From Campylobacterota bacterium (GTDB lineage Bacteria; Campylobacterota; Campylobacteria; Campylobacterales; Arcobacteraceae): a stretch of 64,000 nucleotides of DNA. The stretch covers positions 12,950 through 76,949 of the forward strand of contig JBNJFB010000003.1 in the NCBI GenBank assembly GCA_051746405.1. The letters are read 5' to 3'. Numbering within the stretch: position 1 is the first letter of the stretch; each line of letters starts with the position of its first letter. The notes under the pieces were generated by a model. That model had not been told where the DNA came from and made no database searches. It saw nothing but the letters and a program-made list of their open reading frames with translations. The position numbers and the translations under genes were made by a program. Below, piece by piece: positions 39,836 through 52,294 of this stretch.

Positions 39836-40525
39836 TTAGCTTGAAATAAGTGGTAAATCAATAATAACTTTATCATCTTCAAAACTTAATATAAAAGTAG
39901 AGTAGTTTTGTTCTTTTTTTAACTCTTCAAAATCTATTTTTTTATCAGTTTGAATTTTTACACTAATCAAAGAGTATTTTTTGCCTTCAATTTTTATATA
40001 TTCACCAACTTTTAGCAAAACAGAGCAAGTAATAGTTGTGGCATTTTGACTATATATGTCAAGTACCTTATTTATAGTTTTTACAAACTCATTGGCATTT
40101 AGTTTAAAATCAGGAATTGAAGGGTCATAGTTTTTTATAAACTCTATACTATTTTTTATTTTATTGGTTGAAATAGCTAAATCAATAATTGTAAAAATAT
40201 TAGTTTTATTTGTATTTTTTATATTTAATTTAGACTCTTTTTTTACCATTGCACTTTTATAAAGCTTCATATGAACCTCTTCATCATTTTCATATGTTAC
40301 AGTAATGGCATAAAATATATAGTTTTTAATTGATAAGTTTATATAAGAAGTGTTTACTCCATAGGTTTTAGAAGCATACTTAACAGCAAGATTGAAAAGC
40401 TCACTTTGCTTAATTCTACTAAGCAAATATTGAGCTTCACTATTTGAAAAGGTGATTTTCCCATCTGAGTTAAAAGATATAATAGGGTTTAAATCTAAAT
40501 CTACCCATTTTTCATAAAAATTCAC
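39836..40525 (-). CDS. PAS-like domain plus degenerate histidine-kinase ATPase-like domain
   Basis: PIISFNSDGKITFSNSEA PAS start; KNYDPSIPD; no H-box or G-boxes. Confidence 0.55.
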   Translation of the reverse strand: MNFYEKWVDLDLNPIISFNSDGKITFSNSEAQYLLSRIKQSELFNLAVKYASKTYGVNTSYINLSIKNYIFYAITVTYENDEEVHMKLYKSAMVKKESKLNIKNTNKTNIFTIIDLAISTNKIKNSIEFIKNYDPSIPDFKLNANEFVKTINKVLDIYSQNATTITCSVLLKVGEYIKIEGKKYSLISVKIQTDKKIDFEELKKEQNYSTFILSFEDDKVIIDLPLISS

Positions 40526-40528
40526 AGA

Positions 40529-42382
40529 TTAACTCTCAACATAGTTCTTTAAATTTTTACCAACTTTAGGGTGTTTTAACTTTTTAATTGCACTTGATTC
40601 TATTTGTCTTACTCTCTCTCTTGTTACACTTAACTCTTTACCTATCTCTTCAAGTGTTCTATCACTTGCATCTGTCATAAGACCAAATCTCATTCTAACA
40701 ACTGCTTGTTCTCTTTCGTTTAGTTGAGCAAGTATTTGGTCAATTTGACCTTGTAAGTCTTCTTTCATAATATTATCAACAGGCGTTGGTGCTTTCTCAT
40801 CAGGAACAAAGTCACCAAACTTACCATCATCATCACTTCCAATAGGTGCTTCAAGAGAAACAGGCTCTTTAGTGATTTTAATAACTTGTTTTACCTTATC
40901 AACAGCAAGACCTACCTCTTTTGAAATTGTTTCAACATCTGGTTCTTTACCATTTTCTTGAATACCTTTTCTAATGATTTTATTTATTCTATTAATTGTT
41001 TCAATCATATGTATTGGTATTCTAATAGTTCTAGCTTGGTCAGCAATTGCTCTACTAATTGCTTGTCTAATCCACCATGTGGCATAAGTAGAGAATTTAT
41101 AACCTTTTTTATACTCAAACTTGTCAACAGCTTTCATTAAACCTATATTTCCCTCTTGGATTAAGTCTAAGAAAGGTAATCCTCTATTTGTATATCTTTT
41201 TGCAATAGATACAACAAGTCTTAGGTTTGATTTAGCCATTCTAGTTTTGGCCTTATCTGTAATTTTTTTACCTCTTTTTATCTGTTCTAGTACATCTTTT
41301 AACTCTTCTGGTTCTAAATCAAACCCATCTTTACTAGCTTCAGCTGTTTGGAAAAGCTTTTTTATTTCCATATATGTTGAAACCATTGTAGCTTCAGGAA
41401 CCATTGTTGTTATTTGAACCTTTGAAAGGTTTACAATATTGTCTAAAATCTTTTTATGATTAGCTAGTAGTGTTTCATTAAATAGAGGTAGTCTATACTC
41501 TAATCTTTTAAGTTCACTTTCAAAACCAGTATCAGATTTTAAAGCTGTTTCCATAGCTCTTACTATTTCACTTATAAGTTTTGATGTTGGACCTAAGTCC
41601 AATAAAGCCTCTTTTAATATTCTTTTTTTGAAAGCAACTGCTAGTTTATATTGCATTTGATGAATTTCATCATCTGATTTTGCTTCCTCTTTTGTAAGGA
41701 ATTTAAGCCAATCTTTTTTTGCTCTTTCTAAAACTTTGAAAGATTCGATAATAGTTTGAGCTCTTTTATCAATCTTTCTCTTTTTTGTTTTATTTTCATC
41801 CTCAACTGCATCATCACTTTCAGTATTTGCCTCTTCTTCATTAGTATCATCAGAGTCTTCATCATCAAAGTTTCTAAAAAGCTCTTTTACTTTTCTTTCT
41901 CTATTTACTAAAGGCTCTTTATACTCTAAAATAAAGTCAATTAAGTAAGGTACATAACAAATAGCATCTAATATTACATCTTCACCTGTTTCTATTTTTT
42001 TAGAAATCTCAATCTCTTCTTCTTTTGTAAGTAATGGAATCTGTCCCATTTCTCTTAAGTACATTCTTACAGGTGAGTCTGATCTTGACCACTCTAACAG
42101 CTCTTTATTTTTAAGTAAATCAAAAACATCATCTTCATTCTCAATTAGCTTCTCTCTTAGTTCTCTTCTTTTTTTAGCTTCTTGAGCATTCATTCTTTTT
42201 GCTTGCTCTTGTGAACTAATCAATGTCACATTGTAAAGTTGAATTAATGCAATTAATTTTTTTACATTTGTAACCGTAGGGGCTTTTGGAAAAATTTTTA
42301 TAATCTGTTCGTATGTTAAAATAGAGTCTTTGTGTTCTTTTACAATCTGTTCAATTGCTTTATTTAAATCTTTTGCGTTCAT
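40529..42382 (-). CDS. rpoD: RNA polymerase sigma factor RpoD
   Basis: [43 protein letters not shown]. Confidence 0.98.
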   Translation of the reverse strand: MNAKDLNKAIEQIVKEHKDSILTYEQIIKIFPKAPTVTNVKKLIALIQLYNVTLISSQEQAKRMNAQEAKKRRELREKLIENEDDVFDLLKNKELLEWSRSDSPVRMYLREMGQIPLLTKEEEIEISKKIETGEDVILDAICYVPYLIDFILEYKEPLVNRERKVKELFRNFDDEDSDDTNEEEANTESDDAVEDENKTKKRKIDKRAQTIIESFKVLERAKKDWLKFLTKEEAKSDDEIHQMQYKLAVAFKKRILKEALLDLGPTSKLISEIVRAMETALKSDTGFESELKRLEYRLPLFNETLLANHKKILDNIVNLSKVQITTMVPEATMVSTYMEIKKLFQTAEASKDGFDLEPEELKDVLEQIKRGKKITDKAKTRMAKSNLRLVVSIAKRYTNRGLPFLDLIQEGNIGLMKAVDKFEYKKGYKFSTYATWWIRQAISRAIADQARTIRIPIHMIETINRINKIIRKGIQENGKEPDVETISKEVGLAVDKVKQVIKITKEPVSLEAPIGSDDDGKFGDFVPDEKAPTPVDNIMKEDLQGQIDQILAQLNEREQAVVRMRFGLMTDASDRTLEEIGKELSVTRERVRQIESSAIKKLKHPKVGKNLKNYVES

Positions 42383-42555
42383 TGACGAAAAATCCTCTTG
42401 TTGAAAATAGCTTATATTATACCCAAATTATTTAAAAAAGCCATTAAGAAAGTCTTGTTTAATATAAAATTATTAATTTTTTTGCTACTATAAAGCTTTT
42501 CTAAATTAAAATTTATTGAGAAATTAAAAGTTTTCTTAACAACAAGGGATACAAT

Positions 42556-43065
42556 ATGGATAAAGTTACAGGAAAAGTATGGAATTTTGGTGCAAATATT
42601 GATACAGATGTAATTATTGCAGCAAGATATTTAAATAGTTCAGACCCAGAACACTTAGCTAAATATGTAATGGAAGATGCAGACCCAGATTTTCCAAAGA
42701 AACTACAAAAGGGTGATATTATAGTAGCTGGGGAAAACTTTGGATGTGGAAGTTCAAGGGAACATGCTCCAATAGCATTAAAAGCAGCAGGAGTTGCAGC
42801 AGTTGTGGCACCATCATTTGCTAGAATTTTTTATAGAAATGCATTTAATATGGGGTTACCAATCTTTGAATTGCCAGAAGCAGATCAAATTAAAGAGGGT
42901 GAAGAGATCTCTATTGATTTAGATAATGGAGAGATTGTAAATAACTCTACAAATACAACATATAATTTTATACCAATACCTGATTTTATGCAAAAATTAA
43001 TAGCAGCAGGTGGATTAATAAACTTAGCAAAAGAAGAAACATCTTCACAAAAGGAAAGTAACTAA
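42556..43065 (+). CDS. leuD: 3-isopropylmalate dehydratase small subunit
   Basis: [28 protein letters not shown]; adjacent to leuB. Confidence 0.94.
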   Translation: MDKVTGKVWNFGANIDTDVIIAARYLNSSDPEHLAKYVMEDADPDFPKKLQKGDIIVAGENFGCGSSREHAPIALKAAGVAAVVAPSFARIFYRNAFNMGLPIFELPEADQIKEGEEISIDLDNGEIVNNSTNTTYNFIPIPDFMQKLIAAGGLINLAKEETSSQKESN

Positions 43066-44129
43066 TGAAAACATTTAATATATCAATAATCAAAGGTGAT
43101 GGAATTGGTCCTGAAATAGTTGATGAGGCTATTAAAGTATTAGATGCTGTATCTTCAAAGTGTGATTTTACTTTTGATTATGAAGAGTACTTAATGGGTG
43201 GAATTGCAATTGATGAGACAGGTTCTCCTTTGCCACAAGAGACAATAGATGGTGTTTTGAAATCTGATGCATGTCTGTTTGGTTCAATAGGTGGAGAAAA
43301 GTGGGACAGCTTACCAAGAGAACTTAGACCTGAAACTGGACTTCTAAAGTTTAGAGAAGAGATGGGTGTATATGCAAATCTTAGACCAGCTTTAGTTTAT
43401 GATGAACTTGTTAATGCATCAACACTAAAACCTGAGATAATTCAAGGGTGTGATATAATGGTTGTAAGAGAGCTAATTGGTGGTATTTACTTTGGGCAAC
43501 CAAGAGGAAATGATGGTCAAAAAGCTTTTAATACAATGGTTTATACTAAAGCTGAGATTGAAAGAATTGGAAGACAAGCTTTTGATTTTGCTATGAAAAG
43601 AGATAAAAGAGTTTGCTCAGTTGATAAAGCTAATGTTCTTGAAGTATCACAGCTTTGGAGAGATACAATGGAAGAGATTGCAAAAGAGTATCCTGAAGTT
43701 AAACTATCTCATATGTATGTTGATAATGCAGCTATGCAACTTGTAAGAAATCCAAAGCAGTTTGATGTTATTGTTACAGGTAATATTTTTGGGGATATTT
43801 TAAGTGATACAGCTTCAATGGTTGTAGGTTCAATTGGATTATTACCAAGTGCTTCAATTGGGGATAAAACAGCTGTATATGAGCCAATTCATGGTAGTGC
43901 ACCTGATATTGCAGGACAAGGAATAGCAAATCCAATTGCTACTATTGAGAGTGCTGCTATGATGCTTAGATACTCATTAGGTGAAAATGAAGCTGCATTA
44001 AAAATACAAAAAGCTATAAAAGATGTACTTAAAGATGGTTACAGAACAAAAGATTTAGCAGCGTATGATGCAAAAGAGGTTGTTTCAACAACTGAAATGG
44101 GTGATATAATAGCTAACTACATTAAATAA
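43065..44129 (+). CDS. leuB: 3-isopropylmalate dehydrogenase
   Basis: [35 protein letters not shown]. Confidence 0.97.
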   Translation: MKTFNISIIKGDGIGPEIVDEAIKVLDAVSSKCDFTFDYEEYLMGGIAIDETGSPLPQETIDGVLKSDACLFGSIGGEKWDSLPRELRPETGLLKFREEMGVYANLRPALVYDELVNASTLKPEIIQGCDIMVVRELIGGIYFGQPRGNDGQKAFNTMVYTKAEIERIGRQAFDFAMKRDKRVCSVDKANVLEVSQLWRDTMEEIAKEYPEVKLSHMYVDNAAMQLVRNPKQFDVIVTGNIFGDILSDTASMVVGSIGLLPSASIGDKTAVYEPIHGSAPDIAGQGIANPIATIESAAMMLRYSLGENEAALKIQKAIKDVLKDGYRTKDLAAYDAKEVVSTTEMGDIIANYIK

Positions 44130-44143
44130 TTAAGGTAGAAAAA

Positions 44144-45070
44144 ATGAGTAATAAATATAGATTAGTTACAAGAAGTGACATGGATGGTTTAGTTTGTGGG
44201 ACACTTTTGAAGTATTTAGAAATAATTGATGAGATAACTTTTGTACATCCAAAAGATATGCAAGATGGAAAAGTAGAGATAACATCTAATGACATTACAA
44301 CAAACTTACCATATGTAGATGGAGTATATTTGGCTTTTGATCATCATTTCTCAGAGACATTAAGAAATGAAAAAAAAGATAATCATATAATTAATCCAGA
44401 TGCTCCTAGTGCGGCAGAAGTTGTATATCAATATTATGGAGCAAATAAAAAGTTTCCTTCAAAGTTTAATGCAATGATGTATGCAGCAAATAAAGCTGAT
44501 AGTGCTGCATTTACAAAAGAGGATATTTTAAATCCTCAAGGTTGGGAGCTTTTAAGTTTTTTAATGGATAGTAGAACAGGTCTTGGAAGATTTAGAGAGT
44601 TTACTGTTTCAAACTATCAACTTATGATGGAGTTGATTGATTATTGTAAAGATCATACAATAGAAGAGATACTTCAAATAAGAGACGTAAAAGAGAGAGT
44701 TGACTTGTACTTCAGATACGAAAAAGAGTTTGAAGAACAACTAAGAAGATGTACAACTATTTATGATAATCTTGCAGTAATTGATTATAGAGATGAAGAG
44801 ATTATCTATCCTGGAAATAGATTTTTAGTATATGCACTTTATCCCCAAACTAATATCTCTATTCATGTTGTATGGGGTAGAGATAAACAAAATGTAGTTT
44901 ATAGTACTGGAAAATCAATACTTAATAAAACTTCAAATACAAATGTTGGTGAACTTATGCTTAAATATGGCGGAGGTGGCCATCAAGCAGCAGGTGGATG
45001 TCAACCAAGTCATGAAGATGCACCGCAAGTACTTCAAGAGCTTATTACTCAAATAAATAAAGATGGATAG
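44144..45070 (+). CDS. DHH-family phosphoesterase (nanoRNase/exopolyphosphatase-like)
   Basis: TRSDMDGL, FDHH, GGGGHQAAG. Confidence 0.88.
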   Translation: MSNKYRLVTRSDMDGLVCGTLLKYLEIIDEITFVHPKDMQDGKVEITSNDITTNLPYVDGVYLAFDHHFSETLRNEKKDNHIINPDAPSAAEVVYQYYGANKKFPSKFNAMMYAANKADSAAFTKEDILNPQGWELLSFLMDSRTGLGRFREFTVSNYQLMMELIDYCKDHTIEEILQIRDVKERVDLYFRYEKEFEEQLRRCTTIYDNLAVIDYRDEEIIYPGNRFLVYALYPQTNISIHVVWGRDKQNVVYSTGKSILNKTSNTNVGELMLKYGGGGHQAAGGCQPSHEDAPQVLQELITQINKDG

Positions 45071-45081
45071 CCATCTTTATT
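45056..45081 (+). terminator. Terminator-like hairpin over the stop codon
   Basis: AATAAAGATGG-ATAG-CCATCTTTATT. Confidence 0.6.
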
Positions 45082-45108
45082 TTATTGAGTCCATATTAAT
45101 GTAAGAAA

Positions 45109-45477
45109 TCAATAACGAAGTTTTTTGTTTAGTTGTATATAAAATGTTTCAAAACAAGGTAAAACTAAGCTTGGTTCCCTTTGTTTTTTCCCCCACATTG
45201 GCTCAGGAAAATATGAGTCTTCTTTAAATCTTGCCATTATATGAAAGTGAACATGTGGTACATAATTACCAAATGAAGCTATATTTATTTTTTCAGGATT
45301 AAAATAGTTAAGCATCTCTTTTTCAATAATATCTAAACATCTAAAAATCTCTTTTTTAGTTTTTAAATTGCAGTTTGATAGCTCTTTTATCTTTTCATTT
45401 GTAAAAATTTTAAGCCAAGGGATTTCACTTTTTTCAATTTGAATATTTATAAGTTCATTTCTATAAATTTCTGACAT
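45109..45477 (-). CDS. HIT-family protein
   Basis: KINIASFGNYVPHVHFHI. Confidence 0.9.
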   Translation of the reverse strand: MSEIYRNELINIQIEKSEIPWLKIFTNEKIKELSNCNLKTKKEIFRCLDIIEKEMLNYFNPEKINIASFGNYVPHVHFHIMARFKEDSYFPEPMWGKKQREPSLVLPCFETFYIQLNKKLRY

Positions 45478-45570
45478 TTTTATCCTTTGTATTCTTAAAT
45501 TATGTGATTCTACAATAAATCTTATAAAACCAATATTTAAGTATTAACCTACCTTTAAGCAAATATTAAC

Positions 45571-45793
45571 TATAATCCGAATCCATTTTTTCAACCATTA
45601 GGGAAGTTTTTATAAAATATTTGTGTTTTATAAAGAGTTGGTAAGAGCAAAATTGAGTTGTGAATAAGCTTCATTTTGGTTTCTTATGGTTTAAAAAACT
45701 ATACAGTAAGGCTATTAATGTGAAGTTATTCATATTTTTTAGCGTCTCTTGCCTGTTGATTAAGTGGTAATAAACACAAAAGAGGAATGACTG
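45571..45793 (+). promoter_or_regulatory. Promoter and structured 5' leader of the rpmJ-rpsM operon
   Basis: TATAAT at 45571-45576, followed by about 210 nt with several complementary segments. Confidence 0.55.
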
Positions 45794-45907
45794 ATGAAAG
45801 TTAGAGCTTCAGTAAAAAAAATGTGTGATAAATGTAAAGTTATCAAAAGAAAAGGTATCGTAAGAGTAATCTGCGACAACAAAAAACACAAACAAAGACA
45901 AGGATAA
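45794..45907 (+). CDS. rpmJ: 50S ribosomal protein L36
   Basis: Translated by hand: [37 protein letters not shown]. Too short for the ORF track. Confidence 0.98.
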   Translation: MKVRASVKKMCDKCKVIKRKGIVRVICDNKKHKQRQG

Positions 45908-45913
45908 TATAAG

Positions 45914-46282
45914 ATGGCTAGAATCGCAGGTGTTGATTTACCAAATAAAAAAAGAGTTGAATTCGCCTTAACTTATGTTTATGGTATTGGTTTATACAAT
46001 TCTAGAAAAATATTAGACGCTGTTGGTGTTGATTACAATAAAAGAGCACATGAATTAACAGAAGATGAAGCAGCAGCAATTAGACAAGAGATCCAAAAAA
46101 ACTATAGAGTTGAAGGTGATCTTAGAAAAAAAGTTGCTATGGATATTAAATCATTAATGGATTTAGGTTCATATAGAGGATTAAGACATAGAAAAGGTTT
46201 ACCTTGTAGAGGGCAGAAGACAAAAACTAATGCTAGAACAAGAAAAGGTAAAAAGAAGACTGTTGGCGCAGCAGCTAAGTAA
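45914..46282 (+). CDS. rpsM: 30S ribosomal protein S13
   Basis: [30 protein letters not shown]. Confidence 0.98.
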   Translation: MARIAGVDLPNKKRVEFALTYVYGIGLYNSRKILDAVGVDYNKRAHELTEDEAAAIRQEIQKNYRVEGDLRKKVAMDIKSLMDLGSYRGLRHRKGLPCRGQKTKTNARTRKGKKKTVGAAAK

Positions 46283-46293
46283 GGATAGTGTAA

Positions 46294-46686
46294 ATGGCAA
46301 AAAGAAAAGTTACTAGAAAAAAAGTTGTAAGAAAAAATATTGCTGATGGTGTTGTACATATTGCTGCAACATTCAATAATACTATGGTTACTGTAAGTGA
46401 TAAAGCAGGTAATGCAATCGCATGGTCAAGTGCTGGAAGCTTAGGTTTCAAAGGTAGTAAAAAATCAACTCCATTTGCTGCTCAAGCTGCAGTTGAAGAT
46501 GCTATGAAAAAAGCAATGGAACACGGTATTAAGAATGTTGGAATTAAGATTCAAGGACCAGGTTCAGGTAGAGACACTGCAGTTAAATCTGTAGGTTCAA
46601 TCGAAGGTATTAGAATTACTTGGTTTAAAGATGTTACACCATTACCACACAATGGTTGTAGACCTCCAAAAAGAAGAAGAGTGTAA
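46294..46686 (+). CDS. rpsK: 30S ribosomal protein S11
   Basis: [25 protein letters not shown]. Confidence 0.98.
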   Translation: MAKRKVTRKKVVRKNIADGVVHIAATFNNTMVTVSDKAGNAIAWSSAGSLGFKGSKKSTPFAAQAAVEDAMKKAMEHGIKNVGIKIQGPGSGRDTAVKSVGSIEGIRITWFKDVTPLPHNGCRPPKRRRV

Positions 46687-46696
46687 GGGGTAATAG

Positions 46697-47323
46697 ATGG
46701 CAAGATATAGAGGACCAGTAGAAAAAATCGAAAGAAGATTAGATGCAGACCTTGGATTAAAAGGTGAGAGAAGACTTAACGGAAAATCTGCATTAGAAAA
46801 AAGACCATTTGCTCCTGGACAACATGGACAAAGAAGAGCTAAAATCTCTGAATATGGTTTACAGTTAAGAGAGAAGCAAAAAGCTAAATTTATGTATGGT
46901 GTTTCTGAAAAACAGTTTAGAAAGTACTTTCAAGAAGCAGCAAGAAGAGAAGGTAATACAGGTGCTAATTTAATTACTTTAATTGAGCAAAGATTAGATA
47001 ATGTTGTTTATAGAATGGGATTTGCTACAACTAGAGCAAATGCTAGACAGTTTACAACTCATGGACATATTTTAGTTGATGGAAAGAAAGTTGATATTCC
47101 TTCTTTTATTGTAAAACCTGGACAAAAAATAGAAATTAAAGAAAAATCTAAATCAAACCCTCAAGTTGTAAGAGCATTAGAGTTAACTAACCAATCTGGA
47201 ATGGTTGACTGGGTAGATGTAGATAAAGATAAAGTATACGGAATTTTCACAAGAATCCCAACTAGAGAAGAAGTTGTTATTCCTGTAGAAGAGAGATTAA
47301 TCGTAGAGTTATATTCTAAATAA
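46697..47323 (+). CDS. rpsD: 30S ribosomal protein S4
   Basis: [34 protein letters not shown]. Confidence 0.98.
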   Translation: MARYRGPVEKIERRLDADLGLKGERRLNGKSALEKRPFAPGQHGQRRAKISEYGLQLREKQKAKFMYGVSEKQFRKYFQEAARREGNTGANLITLIEQRLDNVVYRMGFATTRANARQFTTHGHILVDGKKVDIPSFIVKPGQKIEIKEKSKSNPQVVRALELTNQSGMVDWVDVDKDKVYGIFTRIPTREEVVIPVEERLIVELYSK

Positions 47324-47342
47324 TAAGCATAAGAGGTAGCCA

Positions 47343-48344
47343 ATGAAGAAGTTTGCAGATACACCGTTTTTACCAACAGAAGTTGAAATCGAAGCTATTA
47401 ATGATAACACAGCTAAGATTTCTGCATATCCATTTGAAAGTGGTTTTGCAATTACTTTGGCACACCCTTTAAGAAGACTTTTATTGAGTTCTTCAGTTGG
47501 TTATGCACCAATTGCAGTAAAAATCGAAGGTGCTTCTCATGAGTTTGACTCATTAAGAGGGATGCTAGAAGATATAGCTATATTTATCATTAATCTTAAA
47601 AACATTAAATTTAAAATCAATGGTGATGAAGAACAAGTTGTTGTTGAATACTCTTTTGATGGACCAAAAGAGATTAAAGGTGAGGACTTAGTAAATTCTG
47701 ATGTTGAAGTTGTTTCTCCAGATGCTCACTTAGCAACTATTAATTCTGATTGTAACTTAACTTTCTCTATTATTATTCAAAAAGGTATAGGTTATATGCC
47801 ATCTGAAGATATTAGAGATATAGTTGGGCCTGATTATATTCCATTAGATGCTTTTTTTACACCAGTTAAAAAAGTAGTATACAATGTTGAGAAAATGTTA
47901 GTTGAAGATAATCCAAACTTTGAGAAAGCTGTTTTTGATGTTACAACAAATGGACAGATTTCTCCTATTACTGCATTTAAAGAAGCTGTATCAGTTATGT
48001 ATGCTCAAATGTCAGTATTTAATAAAGTATTTGATTTATCAGAAGTAACAGTTAGTGATGCTGGTGAAGAATCAGTTGAATTAAAAGATTTAATTTTAAA
48101 AATTGAAGATTTAAATTTAAGTGCTAGGTCATTTAACTCTTTAGATAGAGCAGGGTTAAAATACTTAGGTGAGCTAGTACTTATGAGTGAAGTGGAAGTT
48201 AAAAATATCAAAAACTTAGGAAAAAAATCTTATGATGAGATTGCAGAGAAATTAGACTCTTTAGGATTCCCAGTTGAAGATACACTTCCAGAGAATGTTG
48301 CTTCTGCATTAAGAAGAAAACTAGAGCAACTAAAAGTAAATTAA
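47343..48344 (+). CDS. rpoA: RNA polymerase alpha subunit
   Basis: [39 protein letters not shown]. Confidence 0.98.
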   Translation: MKKFADTPFLPTEVEIEAINDNTAKISAYPFESGFAITLAHPLRRLLLSSSVGYAPIAVKIEGASHEFDSLRGMLEDIAIFIINLKNIKFKINGDEEQVVVEYSFDGPKEIKGEDLVNSDVEVVSPDAHLATINSDCNLTFSIIIQKGIGYMPSEDIRDIVGPDYIPLDAFFTPVKKVVYNVEKMLVEDNPNFEKAVFDVTTNGQISPITAFKEAVSVMYAQMSVFNKVFDLSEVTVSDAGEESVELKDLILKIEDLNLSARSFNSLDRAGLKYLGELVLMSEVEVKNIKNLGKKSYDEIAEKLDSLGFPVEDTLPENVASALRRKLEQLKVN

Positions 48345-48355
48345 GGGTAGTAATT

Positions 48356-48706
48356 ATGAGACATAAGCACGGATATAGAAGATTAAATAGAACTTCTTCT
48401 CATAGAAAAGCATTATTAAAGAATTTATCAATTGCTTTAATTGAGAGAGAAAAAATCGAAACTACTGTACCAAAAGCAAAAGAGTTACAGAGATTCATTG
48501 AAAAATTAGTTACAACAGCTAGAGAAGCTGATTTTAATACACATAGAGCTGTATTTGCTATATTACAAGACAAAGAAGCTACTAAAAAAATAATTAATGA
48601 AATTGCACCAAAATACGAAGGTAGAAATGGTGGATATACTTCAATTTTAAAAACTAGAATTAGAAGAGGTGATGCTACACAAATGGCATTTATCTCTTTT
48701 GTATAA
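48356..48706 (+). CDS. rplQ: 50S ribosomal protein L17
   Basis: [34 protein letters not shown]. Confidence 0.98.
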   Translation: MRHKHGYRRLNRTSSHRKALLKNLSIALIEREKIETTVPKAKELQRFIEKLVTTAREADFNTHRAVFAILQDKEATKKIINEIAPKYEGRNGGYTSILKTRIRRGDATQMAFISFV

Positions 48707-48724
48707 TCAAAAGTATTAACTCAT

Positions 48725-48760
48725 AAAAAGGGGAAAAGGCTATACCTTTTCCCCTTTTTT
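48725..48760 (+). terminator. Rho-independent terminator of the alpha operon
   Basis: AAAAAGGGGAAAAGG-CTATA-CCTTTTCCCCTTTTTT. Confidence 0.9.
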
Positions 48761-48866
48761 ATTTCTAAAATAGTTCTTTATTTTAAAATTAAACTTTACC
48801 ATATTTTAATCAACTTTTTTGTATAATGCAGTGCAATATATTAATTGTAAAACACAGGAGAGCCGT

Positions 48867-50219
48867 TTGACAACTCTAAAAAAGGCACTATCTCTAGGTA
48901 GTGATGAGATACAAAAATTAAGAGATGAATTAGAATCAAAAATAAAAGATAATAATATTGGTGCTTATATTGAACAATTAACTTCAAATGAGATATCGCA
49001 AAGTGGTTTTGGTATTCCTATTGCTATAAAAGATAATATAAATGTTAAAGATTGGGAAATTACTTGCTCAAGTAATATTTTAAAAGGCTATAAATCACCA
49101 TACAATGCAACTGTAATTGAAAATTTAAAGAAAGCTGGCTTAACTCCTTTTGGTAGAACAAACATGGATGAGTTTGCTATGGGTAGCTCTACTGAGTCTT
49201 CATGTTATGGAAAAACTTTAAATCCAAAAGATAATACAAAAGTTCCAGGTGGAAGTTCAGGTGGAAGTGCTGCTGCTGTTGCAGATGGTATTGCAATTGC
49301 TGCATTAGGTACAGATACAGGTGGTAGTATTAGGCAGCCAGCTGCTTATTGTGGAGTTGTTGGAATGAAACCCACATATGGTAGAGTTTCAAGATATGGT
49401 GTTACTGCATACTCATCTTCTCTTGACCAGGTTGGACCTATTACTCAAAATGTAGAAGATGCAGCAATTTTATATGATATTATTTCAGGACATGACCCTA
49501 TGGATTCAACTTCTGCTAAAGTTGATTATGAGCCAGTTGCATCAAAACTTGATTCAAATAGAAAGCTAAAAATAGCAGTTGTTGATAGTTTTGTTAATCA
49601 AGCAAGCCCTGCAATAAAACTAGCTTATGAAAAAGCTATAGAAGCTTTAGAAAATCAAGGCCATGAGATAGTTCATAAAAATATGTTAGATACAAATAAA
49701 ATTTTATCATCATACTATATAGTTGCAACGGCTGAAGCATCTGCTAATCTTTCTAGGTTTGATGGAGTTAGATATGGTAATAGAAAAGGTGATGCAGGTT
49801 TAAAACAGATGTACACTAAAACTAAAACTGAAGGTTTTGGTCCTGAAGTTCAAAAAAGAATAATGCTTGGAAGTTTTGTTTTAAGTTCAGGGTATTATGA
49901 TGCATACTATATAAAAGCTCAAAAAGTTAGACATTTAATAAAAGATGAGTATGAGTCAATTTTTAATGATGCTGATTTAATTTTATCTCCAGTGGCTCCA
50001 ACAGTTGCACCTGAATTTGGAAGTTTTAAAACTTCACTTGAAATGTATTTAAGTGATATATACACTATCTCTGTAAATCTAGCTGGGCTTCCTGCTATAT
50101 CAATTCCTGTTGATAAAGATGAAAATGGCATGCCAGTTGGGTTACAGTTAATAGGAAAAGCGTATGATGAGCAAACTGTGTTTGATGGTGCTTTATCTTT
50201 AGAAAAAGCAGTACAATAA
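48867..50219 (+). CDS. gatA: Glu/Asp-tRNA amidotransferase subunit A
   Basis: [41 protein letters not shown] start at 48867 behind an AGGAG SD. Confidence 0.96.
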   Translation: MTTLKKALSLGSDEIQKLRDELESKIKDNNIGAYIEQLTSNEISQSGFGIPIAIKDNINVKDWEITCSSNILKGYKSPYNATVIENLKKAGLTPFGRTNMDEFAMGSSTESSCYGKTLNPKDNTKVPGGSSGGSAAAVADGIAIAALGTDTGGSIRQPAAYCGVVGMKPTYGRVSRYGVTAYSSSLDQVGPITQNVEDAAILYDIISGHDPMDSTSAKVDYEPVASKLDSNRKLKIAVVDSFVNQASPAIKLAYEKAIEALENQGHEIVHKNMLDTNKILSSYYIVATAEASANLSRFDGVRYGNRKGDAGLKQMYTKTKTEGFGPEVQKRIMLGSFVLSSGYYDAYYIKAQKVRHLIKDEYESIFNDADLILSPVAPTVAPEFGSFKTSLEMYLSDIYTISVNLAGLPAISIPVDKDENGMPVGLQLIGKAYDEQTVFDGALSLEKAVQ

Positions 50220-50250
50220 ATATAGAAAAATAGATATAGGATTTACAATT

Positions 50251-51696
50251 ATGAGAATTAGAAAAAAAGCATTAACATTTGAAGATGTGTTATTAGTACC
50301 TCAAAAGTCTGAAATACTACCAAAAGAAGTAGATATTAAAACAAAATTAACAAAAAATATTTCACTTAATATTCCATTTGTATCTGCTGCAATGGATACA
50401 GTAACTGAATATCAAGCTGCTATTGCTATGGCAAGACTTGGGGGAATTGGTATAGTTCATAAAAATATGGATATCGAATCACAAGTTTTACAGTGTAAAA
50501 AAGTTAAAAAATCTGAGTCAGGAATGATTATTGACCCTGTTACAATTGGTCCAGATCAAACATTACAAGATGCAGAAGATATAATGGCATCTTATAAAAT
50601 TTCAGGTGTTCCTGTTGTTGATGAAAATAAAAAGCTATTAGGTATTTTAACTAATAGAGATATGAGATTTACAAAAGATTTTACATTAATTGCAAAAGAA
50701 AAAATGACTATAATGCCTTTAGTAACTGCTAAAGAAGGAACTACTTTAGATGAAGCTGCTGATATTATGCATGCAAATAAGATTGAAAAGCTACCAATTG
50801 TAAATGCAGATGATAAACTAATAGGTCTTATTACAATTAAAGATATCAACAAAAAAAGAGAGTATCCAAATGCAAATAAAGATGAGTTTGGAAGATTAAG
50901 AGTTGGTGCTGCTATTGGAGTTGGACAAATGGATAGAGCAAAAGCTTTATGTGATATTGGTGTTGATGTATTAGTTTTAGACTCAGCACATGGTCACTCA
51001 AGAGGTATCTTAGAGACTGTTAAGCAAATAAAAAGCGAGCTTAATATAGATATTATTGCAGGAAATGTAGCAACTGCCCAAGCAACTGAAGATTTAATCA
51101 AAGCAGGTGCAGATGGTGTAAAAGTGGGAATTGGGCCAGGTTCTATTTGTACTACTAGAATTGTTGCAGGTGTTGGTGTTCCACAAGTATCAGCAATTGA
51201 TGAGTGTTCTGTAATGGGTAAGAAATATGGAGTTCCTATTATTGCAGATGGTGGTATTAAGTATTCAGGTGATGTTGCAAAAGCATTAGCTGTTGGTGCA
51301 AGTGCTTGTATGATGGGTAGTGCATTAGCAGGAACTGATGAGTCACCAGGTGATGTTGTACTTTTCCAAGGAAGAAAGTTTAAAACTTACAGAGGTATGG
51401 GAAGTATTGGAGCTATGTCAAAAGGAAGTAATGACAGATACTTCCAAGAAGGAACAGCAGCAGATAAACTAGTTCCAGAAGGAATTGAGGGAAGAGTTGC
51501 ATATAGAGGTAGTATATCTGATATAATGCATCAATTTGCAGGTGGTCTTAGAGCATCTATGGGGTATGTTGGTAGTGAGTCTATCGAAGTATTCCAAGAA
51601 AAAGCGGAGTTTGTAGAGATTACAAGTGCAGGACTTAAAGAGTCACATGTGCATGATGTAACTATTACAAATGAATCTCCTAATTATCATGTATAA
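50251..51696 (+). CDS. guaB: IMP dehydrogenase
   Basis: [12 protein letters not shown] pair, [17 protein letters not shown]. Confidence 0.98.
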   Translation: MRIRKKALTFEDVLLVPQKSEILPKEVDIKTKLTKNISLNIPFVSAAMDTVTEYQAAIAMARLGGIGIVHKNMDIESQVLQCKKVKKSESGMIIDPVTIGPDQTLQDAEDIMASYKISGVPVVDENKKLLGILTNRDMRFTKDFTLIAKEKMTIMPLVTAKEGTTLDEAADIMHANKIEKLPIVNADDKLIGLITIKDINKKREYPNANKDEFGRLRVGAAIGVGQMDRAKALCDIGVDVLVLDSAHGHSRGILETVKQIKSELNIDIIAGNVATAQATEDLIKAGADGVKVGIGPGSICTTRIVAGVGVPQVSAIDECSVMGKKYGVPIIADGGIKYSGDVAKALAVGASACMMGSALAGTDESPGDVVLFQGRKFKTYRGMGSIGAMSKGSNDRYFQEGTAADKLVPEGIEGRVAYRGSISDIMHQFAGGLRASMGYVGSESIEVFQEKAEFVEITSAGLKESHVHDVTITNESPNYHV

Positions 51697-51732
51697 AAAA
51701 TAAGTAAAGCGAAAAACGCTTTACTTATTTTT
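51697..51732. terminator. Bidirectional terminator
   Basis: AAAATAAGTAAAGCG-AAAAA-CGCTTTACTTATTTT. Confidence 0.85.
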
Positions 51733-51756
51733 ATTGCAAAGTTTTATTTTATTGTC

Positions 51757-52176
51757 TTATAAAATTTCATGAATTTTTACTTTAAAATCTAAATCACATC
51801 CAGCTAAAGGGTGATTATAATCAACTGTAACTTCATTTTCTTCAACTTCAGTAACTGTAGCTTTAAGTGTTTGCCCATCATCCATATCAGCTTCAAGTAC
51901 CATTCCAATTTCTAAATCAATACCGTCAAAATCACTAATAGGTAAAGTCTCTGATAACTCAGGATTATGAGGTCCATATGCATCTTTTGCAGCTATACTT
52001 ATCTCTTTTGTTTCACCAGCTTGCATATTTAAAATACCTTTTTCTAATCCAGGAATTATTTCACCTGCACCATAAACAAACTTTATTGGCTCTTCATTCA
52101 TATTTGTATCTATGATTTCATCATCTAGTCTTACCTCATAAGACATTTTAACTACTTGATTTTTATTAATTGACAT
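51757..52176 (-). CDS. FKBP-type peptidyl-prolyl isomerase (SlyD-like, no His tail)
   Basis: IIPGLE, AYG, VDYNHPLAG. Confidence 0.9.
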   Translation of the reverse strand: MSINKNQVVKMSYEVRLDDEIIDTNMNEEPIKFVYGAGEIIPGLEKGILNMQAGETKEISIAAKDAYGPHNPELSETLPISDFDGIDLEIGMVLEADMDDGQTLKATVTEVEENEVTVDYNHPLAGCDLDFKVKIHEIL

Positions 52177-52294
52177 AAATAAACCTCTCTTTTTTTAAGA
52201 TAATATATCAAAAAAATTTAAAATAAAGCTTCAATTATCAATTATTAAGTCAAATTGTATATAATCATTGCATATATTAAAAAAAGGTTAGATT

